Notes: generated by a model not told the origin, from the sequence alone. 64,000 nt of DNA from Candidatus Heimdallarchaeota archaeon (GCA_020353515.1 CP070695.1:1999814-2063813), one strand, 5' to 3'. Positions 1 through 9,276 are shown, counted from the first letter of the stretch. Numbers and translations: made by a program.

Positions 1-174
1 GGGAAGAAAGTTGCGTTTTTCATTTGCTCAACTGTAAACAGGTATGCTAAGGTCTTTCCTCAACTCAAGGAAATGACTCCAGAATCAGAGCATGCTGGCA
101 TTTTTACCGCATCACGATTCAGAAAAGGTGACCGCGAATCCGAACTTAATGCATTTATTAAAAAGCTCAAATAA
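1..174 (+). CDS. C-terminal part of a flavodoxin-like protein (truncated by window edge)
   Basis: Frame 1 open from base 1: GKKVAFFICST...NAFIKKLK*, TAA at 172-174; GKKVAFF is the typical flavodoxin beta-4 strand. Confidence 0.6.
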   Translation, partial: GKKVAFFICSTVNRYAKVFPQLKEMTPESEHAGIFTASRFRKGDRESELNAFIKKLK

Positions 175-199
175 TACACTTTTCGAGGAATTAGGAAAC

Positions 200-243
200 A
201 TGAACTGAGAGATGGGGAGAGTTCAAGTTCCCCATTCGGTCAT
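200..243. terminator. GC-rich hairpin between convergent genes
   Basis: ATG-A-ACTGA-GAG-ATGGGGAG [loop] TTCCCCAT-TCGGT-CAT pairing, between stops at 174 (+) and 272 (-). Confidence 0.35.
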
Positions 244-271
244 TCAGCAGCGAGTTTTTATTCAGAATTGG

Positions 272-1069
272 TTAATTGATAGTTATTTTTTTTTTTTTTT
301 TTTGCTTTTGTTCTCTCTGCTTATCCAAATCACATACTGTACTCAAAATGATTTCTGATGCAATATTCACTCTTTCTTCAATAGATTCGTAAGAGAAACC
401 TTCAGAAGGAAAATCGTTCATACTTACTCTATCACTAACAATATGAAGCGCACCTGCTTTTTTTCTAAAAGCATGAGCCAATCCATAGATTGGTGCTACT
501 TCTTTTTCAATCATGATTAATCCATCCTGTTTCAACTTAGAAAACATCTCTAACTCTTTGTACTTTGACTCTGTCGTGTAAAAAACACCAGTATGAGGCA
601 CTATTCCTTTTTCAATACAGGTATTGTAGATTTTAGCGAGAACTTCAAGACTACCTACTGCTGGGATCTTCTCTGAGAGGTAATAGTATGTTAATCCATC
701 ACCTCTGACAGAAGCAGAGGGGATCACCAAGTCACCTATCTCAAAATTTGATGCAATGGCTCCTCCTAGTCCAATAGTTAAAACATATTCTACGGGTGTA
801 TTTAACAGTGGTACCAACAAATTTTCGTGATAACCCGTAAGTCTTGTATTTCCTATCACAGCAATTCTGACTCCATTCACATTCCCAATCCTCCCCTCAA
901 AGAATGTTCCAAAAGAATTTGATGAGTCAACAAACCCGAAAAGAGGAGGAATCCTCTTTCCAATGTAATAAATAATCGCGAATTTAGGGAAATCTAACGG
1001 ATCTACACCTAACGCTCTCCTAATACCAGCTGTACTAATAATACCTTCTACTAATTTCCTCATCTCCAA
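272..1069 (-). CDS. Nucleoside phosphorylase (PNP/UDP family)
   Basis: TIGLGGAI...EIGDLVIP...RGDG, IEKE (EME-like) and IVSD motifs. Confidence 0.8.
   Translation of the reverse strand: MEMRKLVEGIISTAGIRRALGVDPLDFPKFAIIYYIGKRIPPLFGFVDSSNSFGTFFEGRIGNVNGVRIAVIGNTRLTGYHENLLVPLLNTPVEYVLTIGLGGAIASNFEIGDLVIPSASVRGDGLTYYYLSEKIPAVGSLEVLAKIYNTCIEKGIVPHTGVFYTTESKYKELEMFSKLKQDGLIMIEKEVAPIYGLAHAFRKKAGALHIVSDRVSMNDFPSEGFSYESIEERVNIASEIILSTVCDLDKQREQKQKKKKKITIN
286..303. repeat. T18 homopolymer
   Basis: 18 consecutive T; encodes the poly-Lys tail of the minus-strand phosphorylase. Confidence 0.95.
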
Positions 1070-1094
1070 TACCTTAACTAAAGTTCGTCAATCT

Positions 1095-1120
1095 TATAAA
1101 TAAATCAATATAAATAAATC
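1095..1120 (-). promoter_or_regulatory. Duplicated TATA-like 12-mer upstream of the phosphorylase gene
   Basis: TATAAATAAATC at 1095-1106 and 1109-1120 (minus strand GATTTATTTATA), about 26-50 nt before start 1069. Confidence 0.4.
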
Positions 1121-1266
1121 GAAGAACGAAAATATTAATTTCACTACGAATGATTATAAGGATGTTATTAATCAAGAAGAGGAAATCAAAGGATGGTTTT
1201 GCAATCATTTTAAAATCAAATGTTTTTTTAGAGTCATAGGAGTATCAGAAGCATTTAAAAAGGTAA

Positions 1267-1761
1267 TACATTAACAAAAAACCTTTGAAAGAGTATTCAT
1301 GTCAGATAAACTGGCGTGATATTATGAATTATGCTGCAGCCATTGATGATAATAATGAGTTTTATTTTGACGATGAACGGAAAGACGGAATTGTCGCTCC
1401 ACCCATGTTTGCTGTAGCAACAACCTAGCCTATCTTAGAGAACCTTCCTGAGTATTTTATCACAGATGGTTTTCCCTTAGAGGTAATGATGACTGCCTTT
1501 CATTACTCAGAACACCTGAAGATCCATCGTCTTATGAAATCTGGGGATGAAATAACAATTAAAGGAGAGATTGTAGCAATTATGCCACATCGCGCAGGAA
1601 CACATGTAATTCTCTGTTTAGAAGCAGTAGATAATAAGAATGAACCAGTCTATACGCAATATCATGGTAGTATGCTACGTGGGGTTGAGTGTATTGGTGG
1701 AGAGAAAGGAAAAGAAAATCTACCTAAAAAGCATATAGAAAAAGAGGTTTCGCTCTACTAA
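1267..1761 (+). pseudogene. MaoC/hot-dog-fold dehydratase N-terminal remnant
   Basis: Frame reads KPLKEYSCQINWRDIMNYAAAIDD...IVAPPMFAVATT*PILE...HYSEHLKIHRLMKSGD; in-frame TAG at 1426-1428; no second hot-dog domain. Confidence 0.7.
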
Positions 1762-2218
1762 TCTTTATTGGTCAGGAATAGATAGTGCATACTGGCCAGA
1801 TTACAAATCATCAGTTAAAGAAATTAGAAATTATCTTGATAAAATAAACAGTAGTGATATTATTGATTTCAAACGTCTTTTTCTTGGAGGTTTTTCCCAA
1901 GGGGGAGGAGTTGCAGTTCAAATGGCATTAACTGGGGATATTCCTGCATGTGGTTTTGTTGTTGTAGCTCCTGGAGGAGGAATGATTGATGAACCTGAGA
2001 AATGGCAATCTCTGATTGATGAATCTAAAAATCATGAGTTACGTGGAATGATCATTCGGGGTACAGAAGACCTAGCGATTCCTAGGGATAAGTTACATGA
2101 TCTTGTTAAAATGTTGAATAACAATGGAATTCCCTGTAAGTTCCTTGAGTACCCTGGTCTTGGCCACTGGTATCCCCCTGATCTGGTTGATATAGTAACT
2201 TCTTCTAACTGGTTCTAA
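1739..2218 (+). pseudogene. C-terminal remnant of a phospholipase/carboxylesterase (alpha/beta hydrolase)
   Basis: Frame open from 1739 without a start codon: ...RLFLGGFSQGGG...IRGTEDLAIP...YPGLGH; the ORF track begins at 1922, after the GxSxG motif. Confidence 0.65.
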
Positions 2219-2359
2219 AATTTATTAAGTATAAAAAAATTCCTTTTACTCTCTTTCCTGTGTAATTTTCAAAAATTGAAGTATCACAATATTTATTACA
2301 ATATCTTCTATGTTCTCAGTCTATTCCAAGAAGCCAGAGAATCTAGTTTTTACGAAATG

Positions 2360-3406
2360 TTAGAGATCTTGAACATATTCTTTCATAATCTTATTTGGTA
2401 TTTCTATAGCAAATTTGCACACCATATCACCCCACAGAGCAGTCTGTAGTGGTTCTACATCTATGGATTGATCAAACATCTCATCCCAATATAATTTGAA
2501 ATATCCTCCACTACAGTAACAAAAATTTCGAGATATCTCCTTTTCTGTTCCATCTTTTATTGATCCCCTTACCCATGGACAGTAACACCAATAATATCGT
2601 TTCATTGAATCTGAGTTGGCATTTAAGAATTTCTTAATTTGATACGGAATTTTAGTGATAATGATCTTATTATCGTCCCGTACTCCAGCACCCATTGTTG
2701 GGATTGTTTTTACATAGTCAAGGACTTCATCATCTACTAATTGAGCAAACATTGCTGTTCCATCGTTTCGATGCTTTTCAACTTCATTTACGAATTCTTG
2801 ATGCTTTATTATCAGAAATTCATCCAAATCCTTTAATTTCTGGAATTTCTCTTTATCCTTTCCAACTAGTGGACCACCATGTAAACAGGGCCGAAGTAGC
2901 TCTATTGTTTTTTCTGTTCCTAATTTTTCTTCTAATCTATTCATTACGATTTTTGTTACGTGAGGTTTCTTCTCTGGATGAGCTCCGAGAGGAGGAATTG
3001 TTATATCCTTGAAAATTTCATTTCGGACTGTCTCTCCATGCCATTCAGCTATTCTGTCATAAAGTGTTTCCATTGCAGAAGAGGATTCTGCTATATCAAT
3101 CAGCTCTTCGATATAATGGTGTTTTTCGATAAAAGGGAAATATCTCCAGAGTCCTACGATGAGATCTCTAGCTTCTTGTTTATCCTTTGATGCCAATGTG
3201 TCTGCATATTCGATCAATTTTCCAAAAGAAAATGAGGAAATCGTCTCATTTTTCTTCTCAAGAAACTGAATGAAGTTCTTTATAGCACTGATAAAGCGGG
3301 GTACTTCATTCTCATTTATATTGTTCGTTAACAAAAAAGATTTGAACTCTTCAAGTTGATAATTATTTTCTTCCATATCATTCACTTTTCCAGAGAGATA
3401 ATTCAT
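2360..3406 (-). CDS. Cys-rich DUF6144/V4R-like domain protein
   Basis: CYCPWVR, FCYCSGGYF and GDMVCKF motifs. Confidence 0.55.
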   Translation of the reverse strand: MNYLSGKVNDMEENNYQLEEFKSFLLTNNINENEVPRFISAIKNFIQFLEKKNETISSFSFGKLIEYADTLASKDKQEARDLIVGLWRYFPFIEKHHYIEELIDIAESSSAMETLYDRIAEWHGETVRNEIFKDITIPPLGAHPEKKPHVTKIVMNRLEEKLGTEKTIELLRPCLHGGPLVGKDKEKFQKLKDLDEFLIIKHQEFVNEVEKHRNDGTAMFAQLVDDEVLDYVKTIPTMGAGVRDDNKIIITKIPYQIKKFLNANSDSMKRYYWCYCPWVRGSIKDGTEKEISRNFCYCSGGYFKLYWDEMFDQSIDVEPLQTALWGDMVCKFAIEIPNKIMKEYVQDL

Positions 3407-3537
3407 ATATAATAATTCAGAAGAAAAATATTCCTATCTAGGCAATTTTCCACATTCATTAAGCTTATAAGGTGTTGGTTGCACAAGTAACGCAAGTAAA
3501 GAAAACAATATCTTGAGGTTTCAAAACGAACGTACGG

Positions 3538-4458
3538 ATGATATTCAGGCGTTTAAACCGAAATAAAAAACTTCTGATTATTTTCTTCCCTCTTCTCATT
3601 CTAAATGTATGGTTTTTTATAGTTCTGTATACATTGTCTAAGGTTCCCTTCTCTTATCTTTCCATGAGCATTGGAACTGATTCAGTTGGATCACACGTAT
3701 ATTTTGTGCATGGTTACAATGGTAATGATTCCCAATTTTATGATATGATTGACTATCTTAATAGTACGAATTTTTTCGACAGAATGTCAGATAAAAATAT
3801 AAATCCTCTCTTTTTCAACTATTATGAAAGATATTACAACCAAGGAATGACGAAAACAGAAATTCATAATATCGAAGGAGGTATTTCAACTTATGCAAAA
3901 GATTTCTTCAACCAACTCTGTGAGACTCATGAAAATGCGGAAATTGACATTGTAGCTCATAGCCTTGGTGGTTTAATCATCAGGGAGATGTTACGGATTC
4001 ATCGGAGGGAGCTTGAGCTCTCAGGGATCACAGTTTTACGAGTTATCACGTTGGGAACTCCTCATCTTGGCACAGAACTGGTAAATCATCCCTTAACAGA
4101 ACAAATTCTAAGGTTCTGTGGATTCAATAGTGAGACCTTGATAGAAGAATCACTTACTCCTGGAAGTAATTTTCTTACTCACCTTAATCAACATCCAGCA
4201 AGCTATATGGAGGATATCGAGTGGTATTTCGTTGCAGGAGTGTCTTTACATCCCTTGGTATTCTCTGTCCAAGAAATTATTTTTAACGGAGTTCCTTGTG
4301 ATGGCCTTGTAGATTGTGAGAGCGCATTAGCATTAGGATTAGATTTTGAACCAGTTAATAGAATTATTTTGCAAAAAGATCATCAACAACTCATTTGTGA
4401 TCCACTTAATCAGGAATCTTACGAATGTATCAATAAGTGGTTATCTATGGATTACTAA
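3538..4458 (+). CDS. Membrane-anchored alpha/beta hydrolase (PGAP1/lipase-like)
   Basis: N-terminal TM helix; FVHG, VAHSLGG, LGTPHLGT, DGLV and late His motifs. Confidence 0.8.
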   Translation: MIFRRLNRNKKLLIIFFPLLILNVWFFIVLYTLSKVPFSYLSMSIGTDSVGSHVYFVHGYNGNDSQFYDMIDYLNSTNFFDRMSDKNINPLFFNYYERYYNQGMTKTEIHNIEGGISTYAKDFFNQLCETHENAEIDIVAHSLGGLIIREMLRIHRRELELSGITVLRVITLGTPHLGTELVNHPLTEQILRFCGFNSETLIEESLTPGSNFLTHLNQHPASYMEDIEWYFVAGVSLHPLVFSVQEIIFNGVPCDGLVDCESALALGLDFEPVNRIILQKDHQQLICDPLNQESYECINKWLSMDY

Positions 4459-4927
4459 TTTTTTTATTTAAATTCCGTATATCGATTTCTGAAACAATGA
4501 CAAAGAACATTTTCTTCTATAAGCGGACTTCAATTATGGTATTCACAACATTTTTATTTCTTGGCATAATAATTCTTCAAAATTTCTTTAGCATCTAACA
4601 AGTAATTTAAAATCTCTGGGTTTCTTTGACTTTCAACACATAAATCATCAGCATCAATAGCCTTATTTTTTTCTTTCATCTTTCCGACAGATTTAAAAAA
4701 CGATTCCAACAGTAATACTCTCTTTCAATGACTGCTATTGGTTTATTTGAGTAGTTTTTTTTAAATTTCCAAGCTAAAAGAGCTCTGTAAGGGAACTCCA
4801 TGCATTTAGGTGTTCTATCGGAAAAAGGGAAATCTTTGTTGTTATACCTGATAACTTATCCTATTATGGGTTTAGAGCTATCCCCGATTTGAAAAATTTG
4901 AAAAGAGAATTTTATTTGATTATAAGG

Positions 4928-5527
4928 TTACCCGAAAAATTTTTCCACACAATTTGGGCATAAGGTGATCATTTCCTCACCTTCTCGTTTGATTTCATGA
5001 ATATGTGTTTTACAGATGAAATTTTTACAGGTATGACAAGAGGTTTGCGCTTCTTCTGTTCGACAAAAATAACAGAGTTCACGAGTAGTGGGAGCCCTTT
5101 TAACTAACGATGGAAACAAACGTTCCTCAACAGCGTCTACTATCGTTTGGGGAACATCAAGTCTCTTTAGTTCTTCTTTTAATATTCGCCAAGTGTCAAT
5201 CGTTAGATTTCTTTTAGTCCATTCTTCTAGTTGCTCTGATAGGTGTTGATATTCTTCCTTCTGTTCAACAAATTGGTCTGGATGTAAGGATATCGCAGGA
5301 GTTATGAAAAACTGTTTTCTTCCGTCAAGAATAAGGCCATTTTCGAAAATTAAGCCTGCTTTCAGCATGATATTTAGGTGGTGGTTCAAACTTGCCCGAC
5401 TGAGATCAAATTTCTTGGCTAATTCACTTTTTGAGATAAAAATTTTTTGTAGGAGATATTCAAATAACTCTAATCGTCTTTCATTGTCTAACGCTTCAAA
5501 AATCTGCTTATATTTCTTTAGAGTCAT
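4928..5527 (-). CDS. ArsR-family wHTH regulator with C-terminal B-box-like zinc finger
   Basis: FEALDNERRLEL...SRASLNHHL..M..AGLI; CYFC-x8-CHTC-x4-CKTH-x14-CPNC. Confidence 0.8.
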   Translation of the reverse strand: MTLKKYKQIFEALDNERRLELFEYLLQKIFISKSELAKKFDLSRASLNHHLNIMLKAGLIFENGLILDGRKQFFITPAISLHPDQFVEQKEEYQHLSEQLEEWTKRNLTIDTWRILKEELKRLDVPQTIVDAVEERLFPSLVKRAPTTRELCYFCRTEEAQTSCHTCKNFICKTHIHEIKREGEEMITLCPNCVEKFFG

Positions 5528-5660
5528 CTTGATATTTCCAAAGGAGTAGAGAATGACAAATCTTACCTGATTATACTGTTCTTGAGTCCACTCATCATTT
5601 CACAAAATTAATTAAAAACTGTTCTAACTTCCATCGTTATTTCAATTAAGGTGAGTAATA

Positions 5661-5810
5661 ATGTCAAGAATAGTTTTACGAAATGGAAATGTATTTGATT
5701 TGACAACAGGAAGCCTTAATAATGGCCAAACCATTGTTATCAAAGATGAAAAGATACATTGGGTTGATATCGGAAGGACAATTTCTCATTCAAATGATCC
5801 TCAGAGATAA
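5661..5810 (+). pseudogene. N-terminal stub of a metal-dependent amidohydrolase
   Basis: AGGTGA RBS, then MSRIVLRNGNVFDLTTGSLNNGQTIVIKDEKIHWV and a stop after 49 aa. Confidence 0.6.
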
Positions 5811-5870
5811 TCATTAAATTAACTTAATTTTCAGACCTTTCACAAATGAATAGCAGGAAGATCCCAATAA

Positions 5871-6509
5871 ATGATTCCATCAGCAATTTTATTTGATTTA
5901 GACGGTACACTCCTTAATAGCGATGCGATCATCATCCAATCATGGAAAATAGCACATGAGCAAACTTCTGATATTGAATGGAATGAAAAAAAACTAATAA
6001 ATATGATGGGCCAACCTGCTGAAGATATTCCTTATGGAATGGGCGTACCTGAAGAATTACACGAAAAATATCTCAAAATTTTTGATCAACAATTGATCAA
6101 TATTAAATTACCATTATTTGATGATGTGATACCTGTTTTAGAAAAGATAAAAGAGAAATCCATTCCATTAGGCATTGTCACTGGAGCAAAAACTGGAGAA
6201 ACACTTGATCTGTTGATCCAAAATAATATTAATCACTATTTTACTGAAATTATTGGTGCTGATTCAACCCAAAGAGGAAAACCATTTCCTGATCCCATCA
6301 ATTTAGCGATAGAGAAACTAAATCTTGATTTGAAAAAGAAAGACATTTTATTCGTTGGAGATTCTATGAATGATTTGTTATCAGCTAAATCAGCCGGAGT
6401 AATCCCAATACTCCTTTGGAGAAAAGATGACCAAGTACCACAAAGTCTGCAACAGGAAACAAAATTTATTATCCATGGATTGACAGCACTCTTAGATCTA
6501 ATTGAATAA
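5871..6509 (+). CDS. HAD-family hydrolase (phosphoglycolate phosphatase/PpaX-like)
   Basis: FDLDGTL, GIVT, KPFPDP and FVGDS..D motifs. Confidence 0.9.
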   Translation: MIPSAILFDLDGTLLNSDAIIIQSWKIAHEQTSDIEWNEKKLINMMGQPAEDIPYGMGVPEELHEKYLKIFDQQLINIKLPLFDDVIPVLEKIKEKSIPLGIVTGAKTGETLDLLIQNNINHYFTEIIGADSTQRGKPFPDPINLAIEKLNLDLKKKDILFVGDSMNDLLSAKSAGVIPILLWRKDDQVPQSLQQETKFIIHGLTALLDLIE

Positions 6510-7113
6510 TTGCACCACCAAGGAAGGAAAAATCATACCTCATCGTATCTTTGACTTTCTGAGTCCAATATATGATATATTAATCCGCGGTGAAGCTCCT
6601 GTAGATTTAGTTCCTTTATTGAGTCTAACTGGTGATGAAGTGATTTTGGAGATAGGTGCGGGAACTGGGAGGATAATTCAATCATTATCTCACTTGTGCT
6701 CAGACTTATTTTTACTCGATCCCTCTCCTGCTATGCTTGCAAAAGCACGAAAAAAAGTTCCCTGTGCTAATCACTGTTTGGGGTATGCAGAATCATTACC
6801 ATTTGAAGAAATGTTTTTTGACCGAGTTTTCGCAATTGATTCTCTTCATCATTGGAATGACCAACTAAAAGGATTAATTGAAATCTACCGAGTTTTAAAG
6901 AATGAGGGAAGTTTTATCCTCGTTGAGTTTGATCCTAATACACGTTTTGGTCATTATATCAAATCAATGGAACGTTTTCTACGAATGGGGTCAAAATTTT
7001 ATTCTCCACGAGAGATTAGGAAATTATTATCAGTTACTGGCCTTACTGTTTCTAAACAATACTATATTGACGGTGCTACTTATGTAACTGTTGCTAGGAA
7101 AGCTTTCGGTTAA
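6502..7113 (+). CDS. Class I SAM-dependent methyltransferase (UbiE-like)
   Basis: LEIGAGTG, AESLPF...FD, LHH, RVLK..G. Confidence 0.85.
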   Translation: MNNCTTKEGKIIPHRIFDFLSPIYDILIRGEAPVDLVPLLSLTGDEVILEIGAGTGRIIQSLSHLCSDLFLLDPSPAMLAKARKKVPCANHCLGYAESLPFEEMFFDRVFAIDSLHHWNDQLKGLIEIYRVLKNEGSFILVEFDPNTRFGHYIKSMERFLRMGSKFYSPREIRKLLSVTGLTVSKQYYIDGATYVTVARKAFG

Positions 7114-7222
7114 TTTTTGGAGTCCTCTTAATATGAGCTCAACAGAAACATTTTTTTTAAAACATTCAAAATAGTAGGAAATATCCTCTTTTTATTTCAA
7201 TTCCTATAGAGAGTGTCTTAGA

Positions 7223-7747
7223 ATGCATAATGAAATTGAAACTGTCCCTTTGGGAGAAGCAATAAAGGAAGTAGAAACTGCTATTACTAGATTAGCTCTG
7301 TTACATTTATCTTTTTCGAAAATTTTGGTCGATGAATTTGGTGATGAGAGAGGTTCAGAATTAGTCATTAAATCTATAATGGAATACGGACGAAGAATTA
7401 ATGAAGTAGTCAACAAAGGAGGACAGGATCTCCCCAAATGGGGAGTGTACTCTGGGGAAGTCTATCAAGATGAGGATGGACGATATCATGTTACGGGTTG
7501 TAATCTCGCAAAAATCTTTAAAGAATTTAAAGAGTTAAACTTGGGCCGCCTTTATTGTTATGTTGATGCAGCAAAAAGCATGGATTCTGATCCAACGAAA
7601 AAATTAATTCATACATCATGTGAGGCTTGTGGAGATGACCACTGTACTTTAGAATTCATCGATACAACTGAAGAAGAGAGGAACAGTTTCCTTAACCGAG
7701 ACAAAAAGATGAAATATATAGATCAACGTTTAGTGGAAGGTGAATAG
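7223..7747 (+). CDS. L-2-amino-thiazoline-4-carboxylate hydrolase-like (V4R-type fold) protein
   Basis: EFG...IMEYG, VTGCNLA, LYCYVD and CGDDHC motifs. Confidence 0.65.
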   Translation: MHNEIETVPLGEAIKEVETAITRLALLHLSFSKILVDEFGDERGSELVIKSIMEYGRRINEVVNKGGQDLPKWGVYSGEVYQDEDGRYHVTGCNLAKIFKEFKELNLGRLYCYVDAAKSMDSDPTKKLIHTSCEACGDDHCTLEFIDTTEEERNSFLNRDKKMKYIDQRLVEGE

Positions 7748-7870
7748 TCCATTCTATTCAGTTTATCTGAAGTCAAAAATGGTTTAAAGATTATTATATA
7801 TGTAAAAATGTCCCCGACTTAAAAGCTATACTCTATTTATTAATCCTGAATAGGTGCTAAATGAGATTAA

Positions 7871-8551
7871 TTAAGCCGATAAACCTTTTGGTGCTTTGAT
7901 CCACTTAAAATCATTCTGTGATATACATACCATTTGAATACCCATCCCACATTCATCATCATGTTTGGAAACATAAGATATGAATTGCTCACAAATTGCC
8001 TTGGCTCGTTCTTCATTCTTACTTATATTAATTTGGAGTATTCTTGGTTTCAAACGTGTAATCTCTAAGAACTTTTTACTATGATCAGGATCAGAACTAT
8101 GACAAACATTTCTTTTGTTTCTATGATAATATTCCCATTGACTATTTTTATGGGCAATTTCAGTGATATGCGTAACTTGTCCCACGATCCAGGTGAATAG
8201 AACCTTGAAGTTTAACCTTTCGTATGTATCTAACACCAGACTTTCAAAATATTCCTTTAGATGACTAATTACATCATTTACTTGCTGCTTTTTTTTGAGG
8301 TTTTTCTCAATACTTTTCACATGATCTTCAAATTTGATCTTTTGAGGAACATCACCAGTAAATGCAATTCCTAAGACATAATTCTCCAATTTTATAGAGA
8401 ATAGCTTTCTTACGATACGAGATGGTCGTTGCTCAAGGATTTTTCCAGATACATATTTTTTAATAGTTAAAGTTTCTTGAGAATCGGAAGCAAGAATAAT
8501 AATCCGATTACCAAGTGTATCAAATGTAGGAATAGTAATTACTATAGTAAA
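7871..8551 (-). CDS. Divergent proteasome-subunit-like Ntn hydrolase (start codon atypical; possibly pseudogene)
   Basis: Frame extends beyond the called start at 8389: TIVITI...IILASDSQET...RKLFSI...GIAFTG; C-terminus AKAICEQFISYVSKHDDECGMGIQMVCI. Confidence 0.6.
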   Translation of the reverse strand, partial: FTIVITIPTFDTLGNRIIILASDSQETLTIKKYVSGKILEQRPSRIVRKLFSIKLENYVLGIAFTGDVPQKIKFEDHVKSIEKNLKKKQQVNDVISHLKEYFESLVLDTYERLNFKVLFTWIVGQVTHITEIAHKNSQWEYYHRNKRNVCHSSDPDHSKKFLEITRLKPRILQINISKNEERAKAICEQFISYVSKHDDECGMGIQMVCISQNDFKWIKAPKGLSA

Positions 8552-8560
8552 TTCAGAAGA

Positions 8561-8758
8561 ATGAGGATACTAAGAATAACAATTATTACTACCGTCATTT
8601 CTATCATCATATTCATATTTTTACCGCCTCCCTTACAAGGAGTATTGCTAGCTATCCCTATTACATTATTATTAATCACAATCTTTGTTATCATTATTTC
8701 TGTCTTTCTTTTTTTTGTTGGTATCTTCAGTGGAGGAGAATCCGATTGGCGGATGTAA
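8561..8758 (+). CDS. Small two-TM membrane protein (hypothetical)
   Basis: ATG 8561: MRILRITIITTVISIIIFIF-LPPP-LQGVLLAIPITLLLITIFVIIISVFLFF; the longer ORF-track call from 8477 overlaps the Ntn-hydrolase N-terminus. Confidence 0.4.
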   Translation: MRILRITIITTVISIIIFIFLPPPLQGVLLAIPITLLLITIFVIIISVFLFFVGIFSGGESDWRM

Positions 8759-8841
8759 TTTTTCCTGGACTATAACTCATCATTCTCCTCTTGACAAGAA
8801 ATGACCATATTTACCCTCCTCAAAAGAAGAACTATATAATT

Positions 8842-9276
8842 CTACTTAGCTGATGATCTTGATAACTCAATTGTAATTCGATCTTTCCAAATTTTTAATT
8901 TTTCGTGGAATTCTTTTACTGTTTCCAACTTAAGGTCTCTATTTTTTCTTCTCATTTTTCTTTTTATTTTACTGACTATCATTTCATTCTCAAAGTCTTG
9001 ACTTTCTTCTCTGTCAATCTTATCTTTGATTTCACTATAATTCTTAGCAAGAGTACTCATATATGCCTCAATATCTTTCTGTATTTCATTTGAAATTTCT
9101 AGTTGGATCAATTCATTGTGAATATATTTCAAAATCTCATATACTCGAATGACCTTAATCTGAAGTCTTTCGCTCTTCTCATCTCGTTGTGCTGTTTCTA
9201 CCACTAACTCAATCTCTCGTGATAATTCCCCTAATTTATGACCGAGAATAAATAAGACCTCGTACTGGTGGTTCAT
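8842..9276 (-). CDS. Hypothetical alpha-helical/coiled-coil protein
   Basis: 144-aa ORF, charged heptad-like helices, 34-nt gap downstream of the longin gene. Confidence 0.6.
   Translation of the reverse strand: MNHQYEVLFILGHKLGELSREIELVVETAQRDEKSERLQIKVIRVYEILKYIHNELIQLEISNEIQKDIEAYMSTLAKNYSEIKDKIDREESQDFENEMIVSKIKRKMRRKNRDLKLETVKEFHEKLKIWKDRITIELSRSSAK

Noticed and set aside
212-236. GGGGAGAGTTCAAGTTCCCC resembling a tRNA T-arm or SECIS
   Set aside because: No acceptor, D or anticodon arms, and no visible in-frame UGA selenoprotein; treated as a simple hairpin
4556-4720. Short minus-strand frame MKEKNKAIDADDLCVESQRNPEILNYLLDAKEILKNYYAKK
   Set aside because: About 41 aa, no RBS or motif; cannot be supported
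8477-8560. N-terminal extension of the + strand ORF containing CxxC (CIKC)
   Set aside because: Overlaps the antisense Ntn-hydrolase N-terminus; ATG 8561 is more plausible
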